Assembly (NCBI GenBank): GCA_900318745.1
Contig: ONMC01000011.1
Span: forward strand, 1 to 54,139
DNA length: 54,139 nt
Source of the DNA: an uncultured Eubacteriales bacterium
GTDB lineage: Bacteria > Bacillota > Clostridia > Christensenellales > CAG-138
Reading direction: 5' to 3'
Below, in pieces: positions 8,893-17,431 of the stretch (the stretch's first letter is position 1; each line of letters starts with the position of its first letter). Both the position numbers and the translations under genes were made by a program. The notes beneath the pieces were generated by a model that was not told the origin of the DNA, did no database searches, and saw only the letters and a list, made by a program, of their open reading frames with translations.

Positions 8893-9585
8893 ATGGCAAA
8901 GAAACCGGTACTCACTGCCTCTGAGGCGGCGAAATTGATTCCCGACGGCGCGACCGTTATGTGCGGCGGATTCTTGGGCTGCGGACAGGCGCTTGCCATC
9001 GTCAAGGAACTCGTCAAACTCGGCACCAAGGACCTTACGCTGATCGCAAACGACATGGGCAGAGCAGTCGGTCCCATGGGCGAAGAATTCTTCGGCATCG
9101 CGGAACTCATTCATAACCACCAGGTCAAGCGCGTGATCGCGACGCACGTCGGCATGACGCCCGAAGTCGGCGAACAGATGAACGCAGGCACGCTGGAAGT
9201 CAACCTGATCCCGCAGGGAACGATGGCGGAGTGCATCCGCGCGGGCGGCGCGGGTCTCGGCGGCGTTCTCACGCCGGTCGGCAACGACACGCTGATCGAG
9301 CAGAGCCCGCTGTTCCTCGGCAAGCAGACGATCAACGGCAGGGAATACCTGCTGATGGCTCCGATCCATGCGGACTTCGCGCTGCTCGGCACCTACAAGT
9401 GCGACGAGGCGGGCAACTGCTGGTACAAGGGCACCATGCGCAACTTCAATACCGTCATGGCGACCGCGGCGGACACCGTCATCGCGGAGTGCGAATATCT
9501 CGTGCCCATCGGTGAGATCGAACCCGAAAACATCCACACCTACGGCATGACCGTCGACTACATCGTGGAAGGAGAGAAAAAATAA
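8893..9585 (+). CDS. atoD: 3-oxoacid/acetoacetate CoA-transferase subunit A (butyryl-CoA:acetoacetate CoA-transferase in this pathway)
   Basis: MAKKPVLTASEAAKLIPDGATVMCGGFLGCG is a typical subunit-A N-terminus. AGGAGG lies upstream. Confidence 0.9.
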   Translation: MAKKPVLTASEAAKLIPDGATVMCGGFLGCGQALAIVKELVKLGTKDLTLIANDMGRAVGPMGEEFFGIAELIHNHQVKRVIATHVGMTPEVGEQMNAGTLEVNLIPQGTMAECIRAGGAGLGGVLTPVGNDTLIEQSPLFLGKQTINGREYLLMAPIHADFALLGTYKCDEAGNCWYKGTMRNFNTVMATAADTVIAECEYLVPIGEIEPENIHTYGMTVDYIVEGEKK

Positions 9586-10253
9586 TGGATAAAGCTGAAA
9601 TCAAAGCCTTCATCGCAAAGCGCTGTGCGAAAGAACTGAAGGACGGCGACGTTGTAAACCTCGGCATCGGTCTGCCGACCATGATCCCGAGCTTCCTTCC
9701 CGAAGGTGTTGACCTTGTGATCCATGCGGAGCTCGGCATCGTCGGCGCAGGCGCGACGCCCAAAGAGGGCGACGCGAACTACGATCCGTACCATGTTGTC
9801 GACGCGGGCGGCAATCCCGCATCCGTGGCATTCGGCGGCGGCTTTATCGATTCCGCAACCAACTTCGGTCTGATCCGCGGCGGACACGTCGACGCGTGTT
9901 TCCTCGGCGCGCTGGAAGTCGATCAGGAGGGCAACCTCGCAAACTGGATCATCCCCGGCAAGCGTATGCCCGGCATGGGCGGCGCGATGGACCTTTGCGT
10001 CGGCGCGCGCAACTGCATCGTGTGCATGGAGCACACCGCAAAGGGCAACCCGAAGATCTTCGAAAAGTGCCGTCTGCCGCTGACCGCGTCGCACTGCGTC
10101 AAGAAGATCATCACCGAAATGTGCGTGCTCGAAGTCACCGACAAGGGCCTTGTGATGACCGAGATCAACCCCGAATTCACCGTTGAACAGGTGCAGGCAG
10201 CGACCGCCGCTCCGATCACCGTCGCGGAGAACCTCAAGAGCATGGTAGACTGA
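9585..10253 (+). CDS. atoA: 3-oxoacid/acetoacetate CoA-transferase subunit B
   Basis: IAKRCAKELKDGDVVNLGIGLPT and the MPGMGGAMDL region. The start overlaps the subunit A stop. Confidence 0.9.
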   Translation: MDKAEIKAFIAKRCAKELKDGDVVNLGIGLPTMIPSFLPEGVDLVIHAELGIVGAGATPKEGDANYDPYHVVDAGGNPASVAFGGGFIDSATNFGLIRGGHVDACFLGALEVDQEGNLANWIIPGKRMPGMGGAMDLCVGARNCIVCMEHTAKGNPKIFEKCRLPLTASHCVKKIITEMCVLEVTDKGLVMTEINPEFTVEQVQAATAAPITVAENLKSMVD

Positions 10254-10268
10254 TTCCCAAAACGCAAA

Positions 10269-10294
10269 AGCCCGATCGCAGGATCGGGCTTTTT
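10269..10294 (+). terminator. Intrinsic terminator of the lysine operon
   Basis: AGCCCGAUC 10269-10277, GCAG loop, GAUCGGGCU 10282-10290, followed by UUUU. Confidence 0.8.
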
Positions 10295-10325
10295 GTGCAT
10301 TGTGACCGGCAGCGGCGCTGCTCTG

Positions 10326-10427
10326 TCAGCGGCTTCGATCGAGAAACAGATCGGGGTCGTTTTGATATTCGCGGTAATATGCGTGATACATCTGTGCCGT
10401 CATGGGTACAAGGGAAACGACACTCAT
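10326..10427 (-). pseudogene. 33-codon 5' stub of a gene (N-terminus resembles GNAT acetyltransferases)
   Basis: ATG 10427 overlaps the eamA stop (ATGA). Encodes MSVVSLVPMTAQMYHAYYREYQNDPDLFLDRSR then a stop, and abuts the lysine-operon terminator. The GNAT resemblance is from memory only. Confidence 0.35.
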
Positions 10428-11355
10428 ACGGCGCGCTCCTTCGGCTTGTGCTGCGCAAGAATGACGCCGATCGTGATCAGCACCGCGCCGAGTATGCCCA
10501 TCCACGAGATCGGCTCGCCCAAAAGGAGCCACCCCACGATCAGCGTGACAAACGGCGAGGCGTAAAGGTAGTTGTTGGTCACCACCACGCCGAGAGCTCT
10601 TTGAACGCGATATTCCAGAGCGCGAAGCAGATCGCGTTGCCCAGGATCCCGAGAAACAGCCAGCTTAACAGCACTTTCGGCTGCGTGAACAGCGGCGCAA
10701 GATCCGGCATGCCGTCGTGCAGCAGCATCAGCGGCACGGCGGTGACGAACGCCCAGAACATCACGCGCCGCGTGACGAGAAAGCCGTCCATCGTGTCGGT
10801 GTACCGCTTGATCAGGATCGAATAGACCGCCCATGAAATGCCGGCGGCAAGCGCCAGCAGGTCGCCTTTGGGACTCAGATGAAAGTTCAAAGAACCGTTT
10901 AACACGACGAGCACCACGCCGACGATCGCGATCAGCGAGCCGATGATCAGAAAACTGCCGATCCGTTCGCGGCCGCGGCTTGCCGCCCATGCGAACAGCG
11001 CCGTAAAGATCGGCGAGAGGCAGACGATGATGCTGACGTTTGCGGCAAAGGTTTGCGTCAAAGCCGTGTTCTGCAGCCAGAAGTACACGCTGCCGCCGAA
11101 CAATCCGATCAGCACAAAGATCAGTTCGTCCTTCAGGGGCAGTTTCCGAAACTTCGGGCGCATCAAAAGCAGGACAACGTATGCAAGCGCCATGCGGATC
11201 GGCGTGATCTGCAGGGCGGTAAAGCCCACCGCAAGCAGGTTCTTGGTCAGCACATAGCAGCTTCCCCATACGGCGACGGAAAATAGAGCAAAGATGTGCC
11301 CCGCGATTCGTTTTGCGTCATGCGTATTCCGTTCCACAGCAACCTCCTGCGTCAT
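10424..11355 (-). pseudogene. EamA/DMT-family transporter, frameshifted near 10588-10600
   Basis: ORF 10579..11403 carries the first EamA repeat and most of the second, ending ...LWNIAFKELSAWW*. The C-terminus continues in another frame of ORF 10424..11269 (ALGVVVTNNYLYASPFVTLIVGWLLLGEPISWMGILGAVLITIGVIL). Probable start is MTQEV at 11355. Confidence 0.75.
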
Positions 11356-11435
11356 ACCCGACGCTCCGCACGCTATTGTAGCACAGCCGCCGGTTTTGCG
11401 CAATGTAAAGTTTCGCGCGAAAACCGGAATAGACC

Positions 11436-11464
11436 TTGCGAATTATACAGGAAAGTATTATAAT
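11436..11464 (+). promoter_or_regulatory. Candidate sigma-A promoter of crt-hbd-bcd-etfBA
   Basis: TTGCGA 11436-11441, 17-nt spacer, TATAAT 11459-11464. Confidence 0.5.
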
Positions 11465-11520
11465 TATTTAAGGTATGTACGGTCGGTCGAGTCGCCGGTC
11501 GAAACAGAAGGAGATGGCGT

Positions 11521-12300
11521 ATGGCACAGGTTTTACTGGAAAAGAAGGGCAATGTTGCGATCGCGTCGATCGATCGGCCGAAAGCGCTGAACGCACTGAA
11601 TTCATCGGTGCTCGACGAGCTCGATGCGCTGCTCGATGCGGTTTGCAAAGACAAAGAAATCCGCGTGCTGATCCTGACCGGAAGCGGCGAAAAGGCGTTC
11701 GTCGCCGGCGCGGACATCGGCGAGATGTCGGAGCTCAACCCGGAAGAAGGCACGGCGTTCGGCAAAAAAGGCAACGACGTGTTCCGTAAGCTCGAAACGC
11801 TGCCGATCCCCACGATCGCGGCGGTCAACGGCTATGCGCTCGGCGGCGGATGCGAGCTTTCGATGGCATGCGATATCCGCATCTGCTCGGACACCGCGGT
11901 GTTCGGACAGCCCGAAACGGGACTCGGCATCACGCCGGGTTTCGGCGGCACACAGAGGCTGGCACGGCTGATCGGACCCGGCATGGCAAAGCAGCTGATC
12001 TATTCCGCAAAGAACATCAAGGCGGATGAAGCGCTGCGCATCGGACTGGTCAATGCGGTGTATCCCGCGGAGGAACTGCCGGCTGCGGCGCTGAAGCTTG
12101 CGGAGACGATCGCAGCGAATGCGCCGATCGCGGTACGCGCCTGCAAAAAGGCGATCGACGAGGGGCTGGAGCTTCCGATGGATGAGGCGATCGCGCTCGA
12201 AGAAACGCTGTTCGGCAGCTGCTTCGGCACGGAAGACCAAAAGGAAGGCATGCATGCGTTTCTGGAAAAACGCAGGCACGAGCCGTATCAGAACCGGTAA
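11521..12300 (+). CDS. crt: Short-chain enoyl-CoA hydratase (crotonase)
   Basis: Typical crotonase sequence: ASIDRPKALNALN, FVAGADI, AAVNGYALGGGCELSMACD. Confidence 0.92.
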   Translation: MAQVLLEKKGNVAIASIDRPKALNALNSSVLDELDALLDAVCKDKEIRVLILTGSGEKAFVAGADIGEMSELNPEEGTAFGKKGNDVFRKLETLPIPTIAAVNGYALGGGCELSMACDIRICSDTAVFGQPETGLGITPGFGGTQRLARLIGPGMAKQLIYSAKNIKADEALRIGLVNAVYPAEELPAAALKLAETIAANAPIAVRACKKAIDEGLELPMDEAIALEETLFGSCFGTEDQKEGMHAFLEKRRHEPYQNR

Positions 12301-12348
12301 TCGCGGGGAAACCCGATTCACATCTAAAAACATGCAGGAGGAATCAAT

Positions 12349-13185
12349 ATGAAAGTTGCAATTTTCGGTGCAGGAACGATGGGCAGCGGGATCGCGCAGG
12401 TCTTTTCGGCAAACGGTCATACGGCTCTGCTGTATGCGACCAGCGTGGAGAGCGCGCAGCGCCACAAGGACAAGCTGGCAGCTTCGCTCAATAAGCGCGT
12501 TGCAAGAGGCAAGATGACGCAGGAAGCGGCGGACGATCTGATGAGCCGTATCGTTGTGGACGAAGTCGCGGCGGCGGCCGACGCGGACCTCGTGATCGAG
12601 TGCGTGGCGGAGAACATGGCGGTCAAGAAGGAACTTCTGCAGCGCCTCGACACGCTCTGCAAGGAAGAAACCGTCTTTGCGACCAACACCTCGTCCCTGT
12701 CGATCACCGAAATGGCAAAGGGCCTGATGCATCCGATGGTGGGCATGCATTTCTTCAATCCGGTTCCCGCGATGAAGCTCGTCGAGGTCATTGCAGGCGC
12801 AAATACGCCGACCGAACTGATCGAGTGGACGAAGAACCTCTGCGTCGAGATCGGCAAGACGCCGGTCGTCGTCAACGAAGCGCCGGGCTTCGTGGTCAAC
12901 AAGATCCTGATTCCGTACTGCAACGAGGGCGTGTGCGTGCTGCAGGAAGGCGTTGCTTCCGCAGAGGACATCGACATCGCGATGCAGCTCGGCTGCAACC
13001 ATCCGATGGGACCGCTGCATCTCGGCGATCTGATCGGCTGGGACGTCGTCCTCAACATCATGGATGTTCTGTATAACGAAACGCACGATCCGAAATATCG
13101 CGCAAACGTGCTGATCCGCAAAATGGTCCGTGCAGGCAAGCTCGGCATCAAGACCGGCGAGGGCTTCTTCCAGTACAACAAATAA
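12349..13185 (+). CDS. hbd: 3-hydroxybutyryl-CoA dehydrogenase
   Basis: MKVAIFGAGTMGSGIAQ Rossmann N-terminus. HFFNPVPAMKLVEV and PGFVVNKILIPY motifs. Confidence 0.93.
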   Translation: MKVAIFGAGTMGSGIAQVFSANGHTALLYATSVESAQRHKDKLAASLNKRVARGKMTQEAADDLMSRIVVDEVAAAADADLVIECVAENMAVKKELLQRLDTLCKEETVFATNTSSLSITEMAKGLMHPMVGMHFFNPVPAMKLVEVIAGANTPTELIEWTKNLCVEIGKTPVVVNEAPGFVVNKILIPYCNEGVCVLQEGVASAEDIDIAMQLGCNHPMGPLHLGDLIGWDVVLNIMDVLYNETHDPKYRANVLIRKMVRAGKLGIKTGEGFFQYNK

Positions 13186-13200
13186 TAAAGGAGAAACAGA

Positions 13201-14343
13201 ATGGACTTCCGTCTGACGAAAGAACAGCTGCTGGTTCGCAAAATGGTGCGCGAATTTGCAGAAAACGAAGTGAAGCCGCTGGCGGCGGAGATCGATGAGG
13301 AAGAACGCTTCCCCATGGAGACCGTCGAAAAGATGGCAAAGCTCGGCATGATGGGCATCTACTTCCCCAAAGAGTACGGCGGCGCGGGCGGCGACGTATT
13401 GAGTTATGCGATCACCGTCGAAGAGCTCGCCAAGGTCTGCGGCACCACCGCGGTCATCGTGTCCGCGCATACCTCGCTGTGCTGCGCACCGATCTTCGAG
13501 CACGGCACCGAGGAACAGAAGCGCAAATACCTGCCCGATCTGTGCAGCGGACGTAAGCTCGGCGCATTCGGACTGACCGAGCCGAACGCCGGTACCGACG
13601 CGTCCGGTCAGCAGACCACCGCGGTATTGGACGGCGATCACTATGTGCTGAACGGTTCGAAGTGCTTTATCACCAACGGCAGCGTTGCAGATACGTTCGT
13701 CGTGTTCGCCATGACCGATCCGAAGATGGGCAACCGCGGCATCTCCGCGTTCATCGTGGAAAAGGGCTTCAAGGGCTTCTCGCAGGGCAAGCATGAAAAG
13801 AAGATGGGTATCCGCGGCAGCTCGACGTGCGATCTGATCTTCGAAGACTGCATCGTCCCGAAAGAGAACCTCTTGGGCAAGGAAGGCGCGGGCTTCAAGA
13901 TCGCCATGCAGACGCTGGACGGCGGCCGCATCGGCATCGCAGCGCAGGCGCTGGGCATCGGCGAAGGCGCAGTGCAGGAAGCGATCAAGTACACGGGCGA
14001 GCGCGTGCAGTTCAAACGCCGCATCTCCGCGTTCCAGAACACGCAGTTCCAGATTGCCGATATGCACACCCGCATGCAGGCGGCACAGTTCCTTGTGTAC
14101 AACGCCGCGCTGAAGAAGCAGGCGCATGAGCGCTGCAGCATGGAAGCGGCAATGGCAAAGCTGTTCGCCGCGGAAGCCGCGTCCGACGTGACGCGCAGAG
14201 CCGTGCAGCTGTTCGGCGGATACGGCTATACCCGTGAATATCCCGTGGAGCGCATGATGCGCGACGCGAAGATCACCGAGATCTACGAGGGCACGAGCGA
14301 GGTCCAGCGCATGGTCATCGCGGCAAACCTCGGCGTGAAGTAA
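13201..14343 (+). CDS. bcd: Butyryl-CoA dehydrogenase (acyl-CoA dehydrogenase family)
   Basis: 380 aa. GLTEPNAGTDAS and the QLFGGYGYTREYPVERMMRDAKITEIYEGTSEVQ C-terminus. Confidence 0.92.
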   Translation: MDFRLTKEQLLVRKMVREFAENEVKPLAAEIDEEERFPMETVEKMAKLGMMGIYFPKEYGGAGGDVLSYAITVEELAKVCGTTAVIVSAHTSLCCAPIFEHGTEEQKRKYLPDLCSGRKLGAFGLTEPNAGTDASGQQTTAVLDGDHYVLNGSKCFITNGSVADTFVVFAMTDPKMGNRGISAFIVEKGFKGFSQGKHEKKMGIRGSSTCDLIFEDCIVPKENLLGKEGAGFKIAMQTLDGGRIGIAAQALGIGEGAVQEAIKYTGERVQFKRRISAFQNTQFQIADMHTRMQAAQFLVYNAALKKQAHERCSMEAAMAKLFAAEAASDVTRRAVQLFGGYGYTREYPVERMMRDAKITEIYEGTSEVQRMVIAANLGVK

Positions 14344-14358
14344 AGGAGGGCAGAGAAC

Positions 14359-15159
14359 ATGAAGATTTTTGTTACCGTAAAGCAGGTTCCCGATACCTCC
14401 GGCACCGTCGCGGTCAATCCGGACGGCACGCTCGATCGCGCCTCCATGCAGACGATCATCAACCCCGACGATATGAACGCGGTCGAAGCGGCGCTGACGC
14501 TGAAAGATGAGCTCGGCTGCAAGGTCGTTGCGTTCACGATGGGACCGCCGCCCGCAGAGGGCATGCTCCGCGAGCTCATGGCGATGGGCGTGGACGAGGG
14601 CGTGCTGATCACCGCGCGCGAGTTCGGCGGTTCCGACACCTATGCGACAAGCCAGATCATCGCGGCGGCGATCGACACCTACGGCGTCGAACCCGAGGAC
14701 ATCATCCTTGCGGGACGTCAGGCGATCGACGGCGACACCGCGCAGGTCGGTCCGCAGATCGCGGAAAAGCTGCATCTGCCGCAGGTCACCTATGCGGGCG
14801 AGATCAAAAAGGACGGCAATACGCTGACCGTCAAGCGCATCCTCGAGGACGGCTACATGACGGTCAAGGTCCAGACGCCGTGCATGATTACCTGCATCAA
14901 GGAGCTGAACACGCCGCGCTATATGAACATTGCGGGCATCTTCGACTGCTATCAGAAGGACGTCACGGTGATGACTTATGACACCTTAAAGGATCACCCC
15001 CTGATCGATAAATCCACCATCGGTCTTGCGGGCTCCCCCACGAACATCCTGACTTCCTTTACACCGCCGCAAAAGGGCGCGGGTCAAATGCTGCAAGGCG
15101 ACGGCAAAGAAACGACCGATCAGCTCGCGGGCATCCTGGCCGCGAAGCACATCATTTAA
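14359..15159 (+). CDS. etfB: Electron transfer flavoprotein beta subunit
   Basis: MKIFVTVKQVPDT N-terminus; sits between bcd and etfA. Confidence 0.92.
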   Translation: MKIFVTVKQVPDTSGTVAVNPDGTLDRASMQTIINPDDMNAVEAALTLKDELGCKVVAFTMGPPPAEGMLRELMAMGVDEGVLITAREFGGSDTYATSQIIAAAIDTYGVEPEDIILAGRQAIDGDTAQVGPQIAEKLHLPQVTYAGEIKKDGNTLTVKRILEDGYMTVKVQTPCMITCIKELNTPRYMNIAGIFDCYQKDVTVMTYDTLKDHPLIDKSTIGLAGSPTNILTSFTPPQKGAGQMLQGDGKETTDQLAGILAAKHII

Positions 15160-15177
15160 GGAAGGGGGAACGGAATC

Positions 15178-16296
15178 ATGTTTAACTCCAGCGAAATCGA
15201 AGCCTTCAAGAACGTTTGGGTCTTCTGCGAACAGCGCGAAGGCGTGATGATGCCGACCACCTTCGAACTCATCTCCGAGGGACGCAAGCTTGCCGACGAG
15301 CTCGGCGTGGAGCTTTGCGGTATCCTCCTCGGCGACAACGTCGACGGCATTGCAAAGGAACTCGGCACCTACGGCGCGGACAAAGTATACGTGTACAACA
15401 GTCCGCTTCTGAAGGTGTTCACCACCGATGCATATACCAAGGTCATCGCGGACGCGGTCGAAGCGTTCAAGCCGGAAATCCTGCTGTTCGGCGCATCCAC
15501 GATCGGCAGAGACCTCGCTCCGCGCTGCGCGGCGAGACTGCACACCGGTCTTTGCGCAGACTGCACGCACCTCGATATCGACCTCGAAAACTACCAGAAC
15601 TTCCTTCGTGAAGCATCGACGCTTCCGCCGGAGCGCATCGAGCGCACCAAGAGCGTCCGTCTCGCGGGTGCGGATCACTCCGTCGCGAGAGATCTGAAGA
15701 TGACCCGTCCGGCGTTCGGCGGTCACCTGATGGCGTCCATCATCTGCCCGCGCTTCCGTCCCGCAATGGCGACGGTCCGTCCGGGCGTCATGAAAAAACG
15801 TGAAAACCCGCGCGAGGTTGAGATCCTGCATCCGGACTTCGAACTGAAGCCCGAGGATATCAAGACCGAGGTGGTCGAGGTCGTCAAGGCGGCGAAGAAG
15901 CTCGTCGATCTGATCGGTGCGGACTTCATCGTTTCCGTCGGCCGCGGTATTTCGAAGGACGTCGAAAAGGGTCTGGCGCTTGCCGAAGAGCTGGCAAACG
16001 AGCTCGGCGGTGTGGTCGGCGCATCCCGTGCCTGCGTGGACGCCGGTTGGATCGGCGCGGATCATCAGGTCGGCCAGACCGGCAAGACCGTGCATCCCAA
16101 AGTGTACGTCGCGCTCGGCATCTCCGGCGCGATCCAGCACAAGGCGGGCATGCAGGAATCCGAATGCATCATCGCGGTCAACAAGAACGAGACCGCCCCG
16201 ATCTTCGAATGCGCGGACTATGGCATCGTCGGCGACCTCTTCAAGGTCGTTCCGGAGCTGATCGAATCCATCCGCGCGGCGAAAGCGGCAAAATAA
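15178..16296 (+). CDS. etfA: Electron transfer flavoprotein alpha subunit
   Basis: C-terminal FAD-binding region VSVGRGI..GASRACVDAGW..QVGQTGKTVHPKVYVALGISGAIQH. Confidence 0.92.
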   Translation: MFNSSEIEAFKNVWVFCEQREGVMMPTTFELISEGRKLADELGVELCGILLGDNVDGIAKELGTYGADKVYVYNSPLLKVFTTDAYTKVIADAVEAFKPEILLFGASTIGRDLAPRCAARLHTGLCADCTHLDIDLENYQNFLREASTLPPERIERTKSVRLAGADHSVARDLKMTRPAFGGHLMASIICPRFRPAMATVRPGVMKKRENPREVEILHPDFELKPEDIKTEVVEVVKAAKKLVDLIGADFIVSVGRGISKDVEKGLALAEELANELGGVVGASRACVDAGWIGADHQVGQTGKTVHPKVYVALGISGAIQHKAGMQESECIIAVNKNETAPIFECADYGIVGDLFKVVPELIESIRAAKAAK

Positions 16297-16313
16297 ACAC
16301 CCAAAACCACAGC

Positions 16314-16344
16314 GATCCCGGGGGAAACTCCGGGATCGTTTCCG
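16314..16344 (+). terminator. Hairpin terminator after etfA (copy 1 of a repeated hairpin)
   Basis: CGAUCCCGG 16314-16322 pairs with CCGGGAUCG 16331-16339, with an 8-nt loop. Weak UUUCC tail. Confidence 0.55.
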
Positions 16345-16426
16345 AATGCCGACAGATAAACGCAGAAAAAGTCGGGACAAACGGCGCAAAGATCGTGTAT
16401 GATACGTGCGTCGGGAGGAAAAAACC

Positions 16427-17335
16427 ATGGAATGGATCGAAGCAATACAGAGAGCAATCGATTATATCGAAGCGCACCTGACCGAGGATCTGGATCCGGA
16501 AAACATTGCGGGGGAAAGCTATTCTTCCGCATTCCATTTTCAGCGCGTATTCAGCATCCTTTGCGGATATACGCTCGGGGAGTACGTTCGTAACAGACGG
16601 TTATCCGCAGCGGGCGCAGAGCTTGCAGAGGGCAAGGCGCGGGTCATCGACGTCGCATACAAATACGGCTACGACAGCCCCGACAGCTTCGCAAGAGCAT
16701 TCCAGAGATTCCACGGGGTCACGCCTTCTTTGGCACGCATGGACGGGGTTCGGCTCAGGTCGTTTTCTCCCCTGACGATCAATCTGCATTTTGAAGGAGG
16801 AAACATGATGGATTACAGGATCGAAACGAAACCGGACATGCTGCTGACCGGATTCAAACGCCGCTTTACCGGCGATCCGAACGAAAAGCAGGATCAGGAC
16901 CATTATTTTGCCTGCGATACGCGGCTGGAGCAGTACGTGCTGGAGGGAATGAGCCGGGAGCACGAGATCACGTATGCCGTGCTCACAAACTTTGACGAAG
17001 ACGGGTATGACTTCTATTTCGCGGCAAAGCTGCCGCATTGGGCGCTCAAGGACTTTGACGAGGATCTCGGCGAATTTGCAAAGCGGTTTGAGCATCTCTC
17101 CATACCGGAAGGACTGTACGTGGTCTGCGAAACGGAACGCTGCAAGTTCCCGACAAATCTGGTCGACGGTCTCAGAAAACGTCTCGTGACGGAATGGCTG
17201 CCGTCGTCCGGCTACGAGCTTCGCAACGCGCCGGAAATCAACGTGATCCACTGGCCGTTCGAGGACGGAAACGAAGCGGTCAACAATTCGCACTGGTGCG
17301 AAATCTGGCTGCCGATCGAAAAGAAATACGCATGA
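16427..17335 (+). CDS. AraC-family transcriptional regulator with GyrI-like effector-binding domain
   Basis: MEWIEAIQRAIDYIEAHL...FHFQRVF...YDSPDSFARAFQRFHGVTP (AraC HTH) followed by a GyrI-like C-terminus ending CEIWLPIEK. ATG 16427 preferred within ORF 16406. Confidence 0.88.
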   Translation: MEWIEAIQRAIDYIEAHLTEDLDPENIAGESYSSAFHFQRVFSILCGYTLGEYVRNRRLSAAGAELAEGKARVIDVAYKYGYDSPDSFARAFQRFHGVTPSLARMDGVRLRSFSPLTINLHFEGGNMMDYRIETKPDMLLTGFKRRFTGDPNEKQDQDHYFACDTRLEQYVLEGMSREHEITYAVLTNFDEDGYDFYFAAKLPHWALKDFDEDLGEFAKRFEHLSIPEGLYVVCETERCKFPTNLVDGLRKRLVTEWLPSSGYELRNAPEINVIHWPFEDGNEAVNNSHWCEIWLPIEKKYA

Positions 17336-17370
17336 AAAAAGATCCCGGAGCAAAACTCCGGGATCGATTT
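17334..17370. terminator. Bidirectional hairpin terminator between araC-like gene and M28 peptidase gene (copy 2 of repeated hairpin)
   Basis: GAUCCCGGA 17341-17349 pairs with UCCGGGAUC 17357-17365. An A7 tract upstream gives a U7 tail on the minus strand. Confidence 0.65.
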
Positions 17371-17431
17371 GTATAAAAAGAATTGCCGCAGATGTCAAGG
17401 GTCAGCTCTCTTGACACCGGGAAGGGCGAAT

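Noticed and set aside
11602-14775. 1057-aa minus-strand ORF
   Set aside because: Antisense to crt, hbd and bcd. Same compositional artefact, with no recognisable domain.
15540-15720. Apparent insertion of about 30 aa (LENYQNFLREASTLPPERIERTKSVRLAGADHSVARD) in EtfA between the two domains
   Set aside because: This is based only on my memory of typical 335-340-aa EtfA lengths. Without an alignment I cannot show it is unusual, so it is not reported as a finding.
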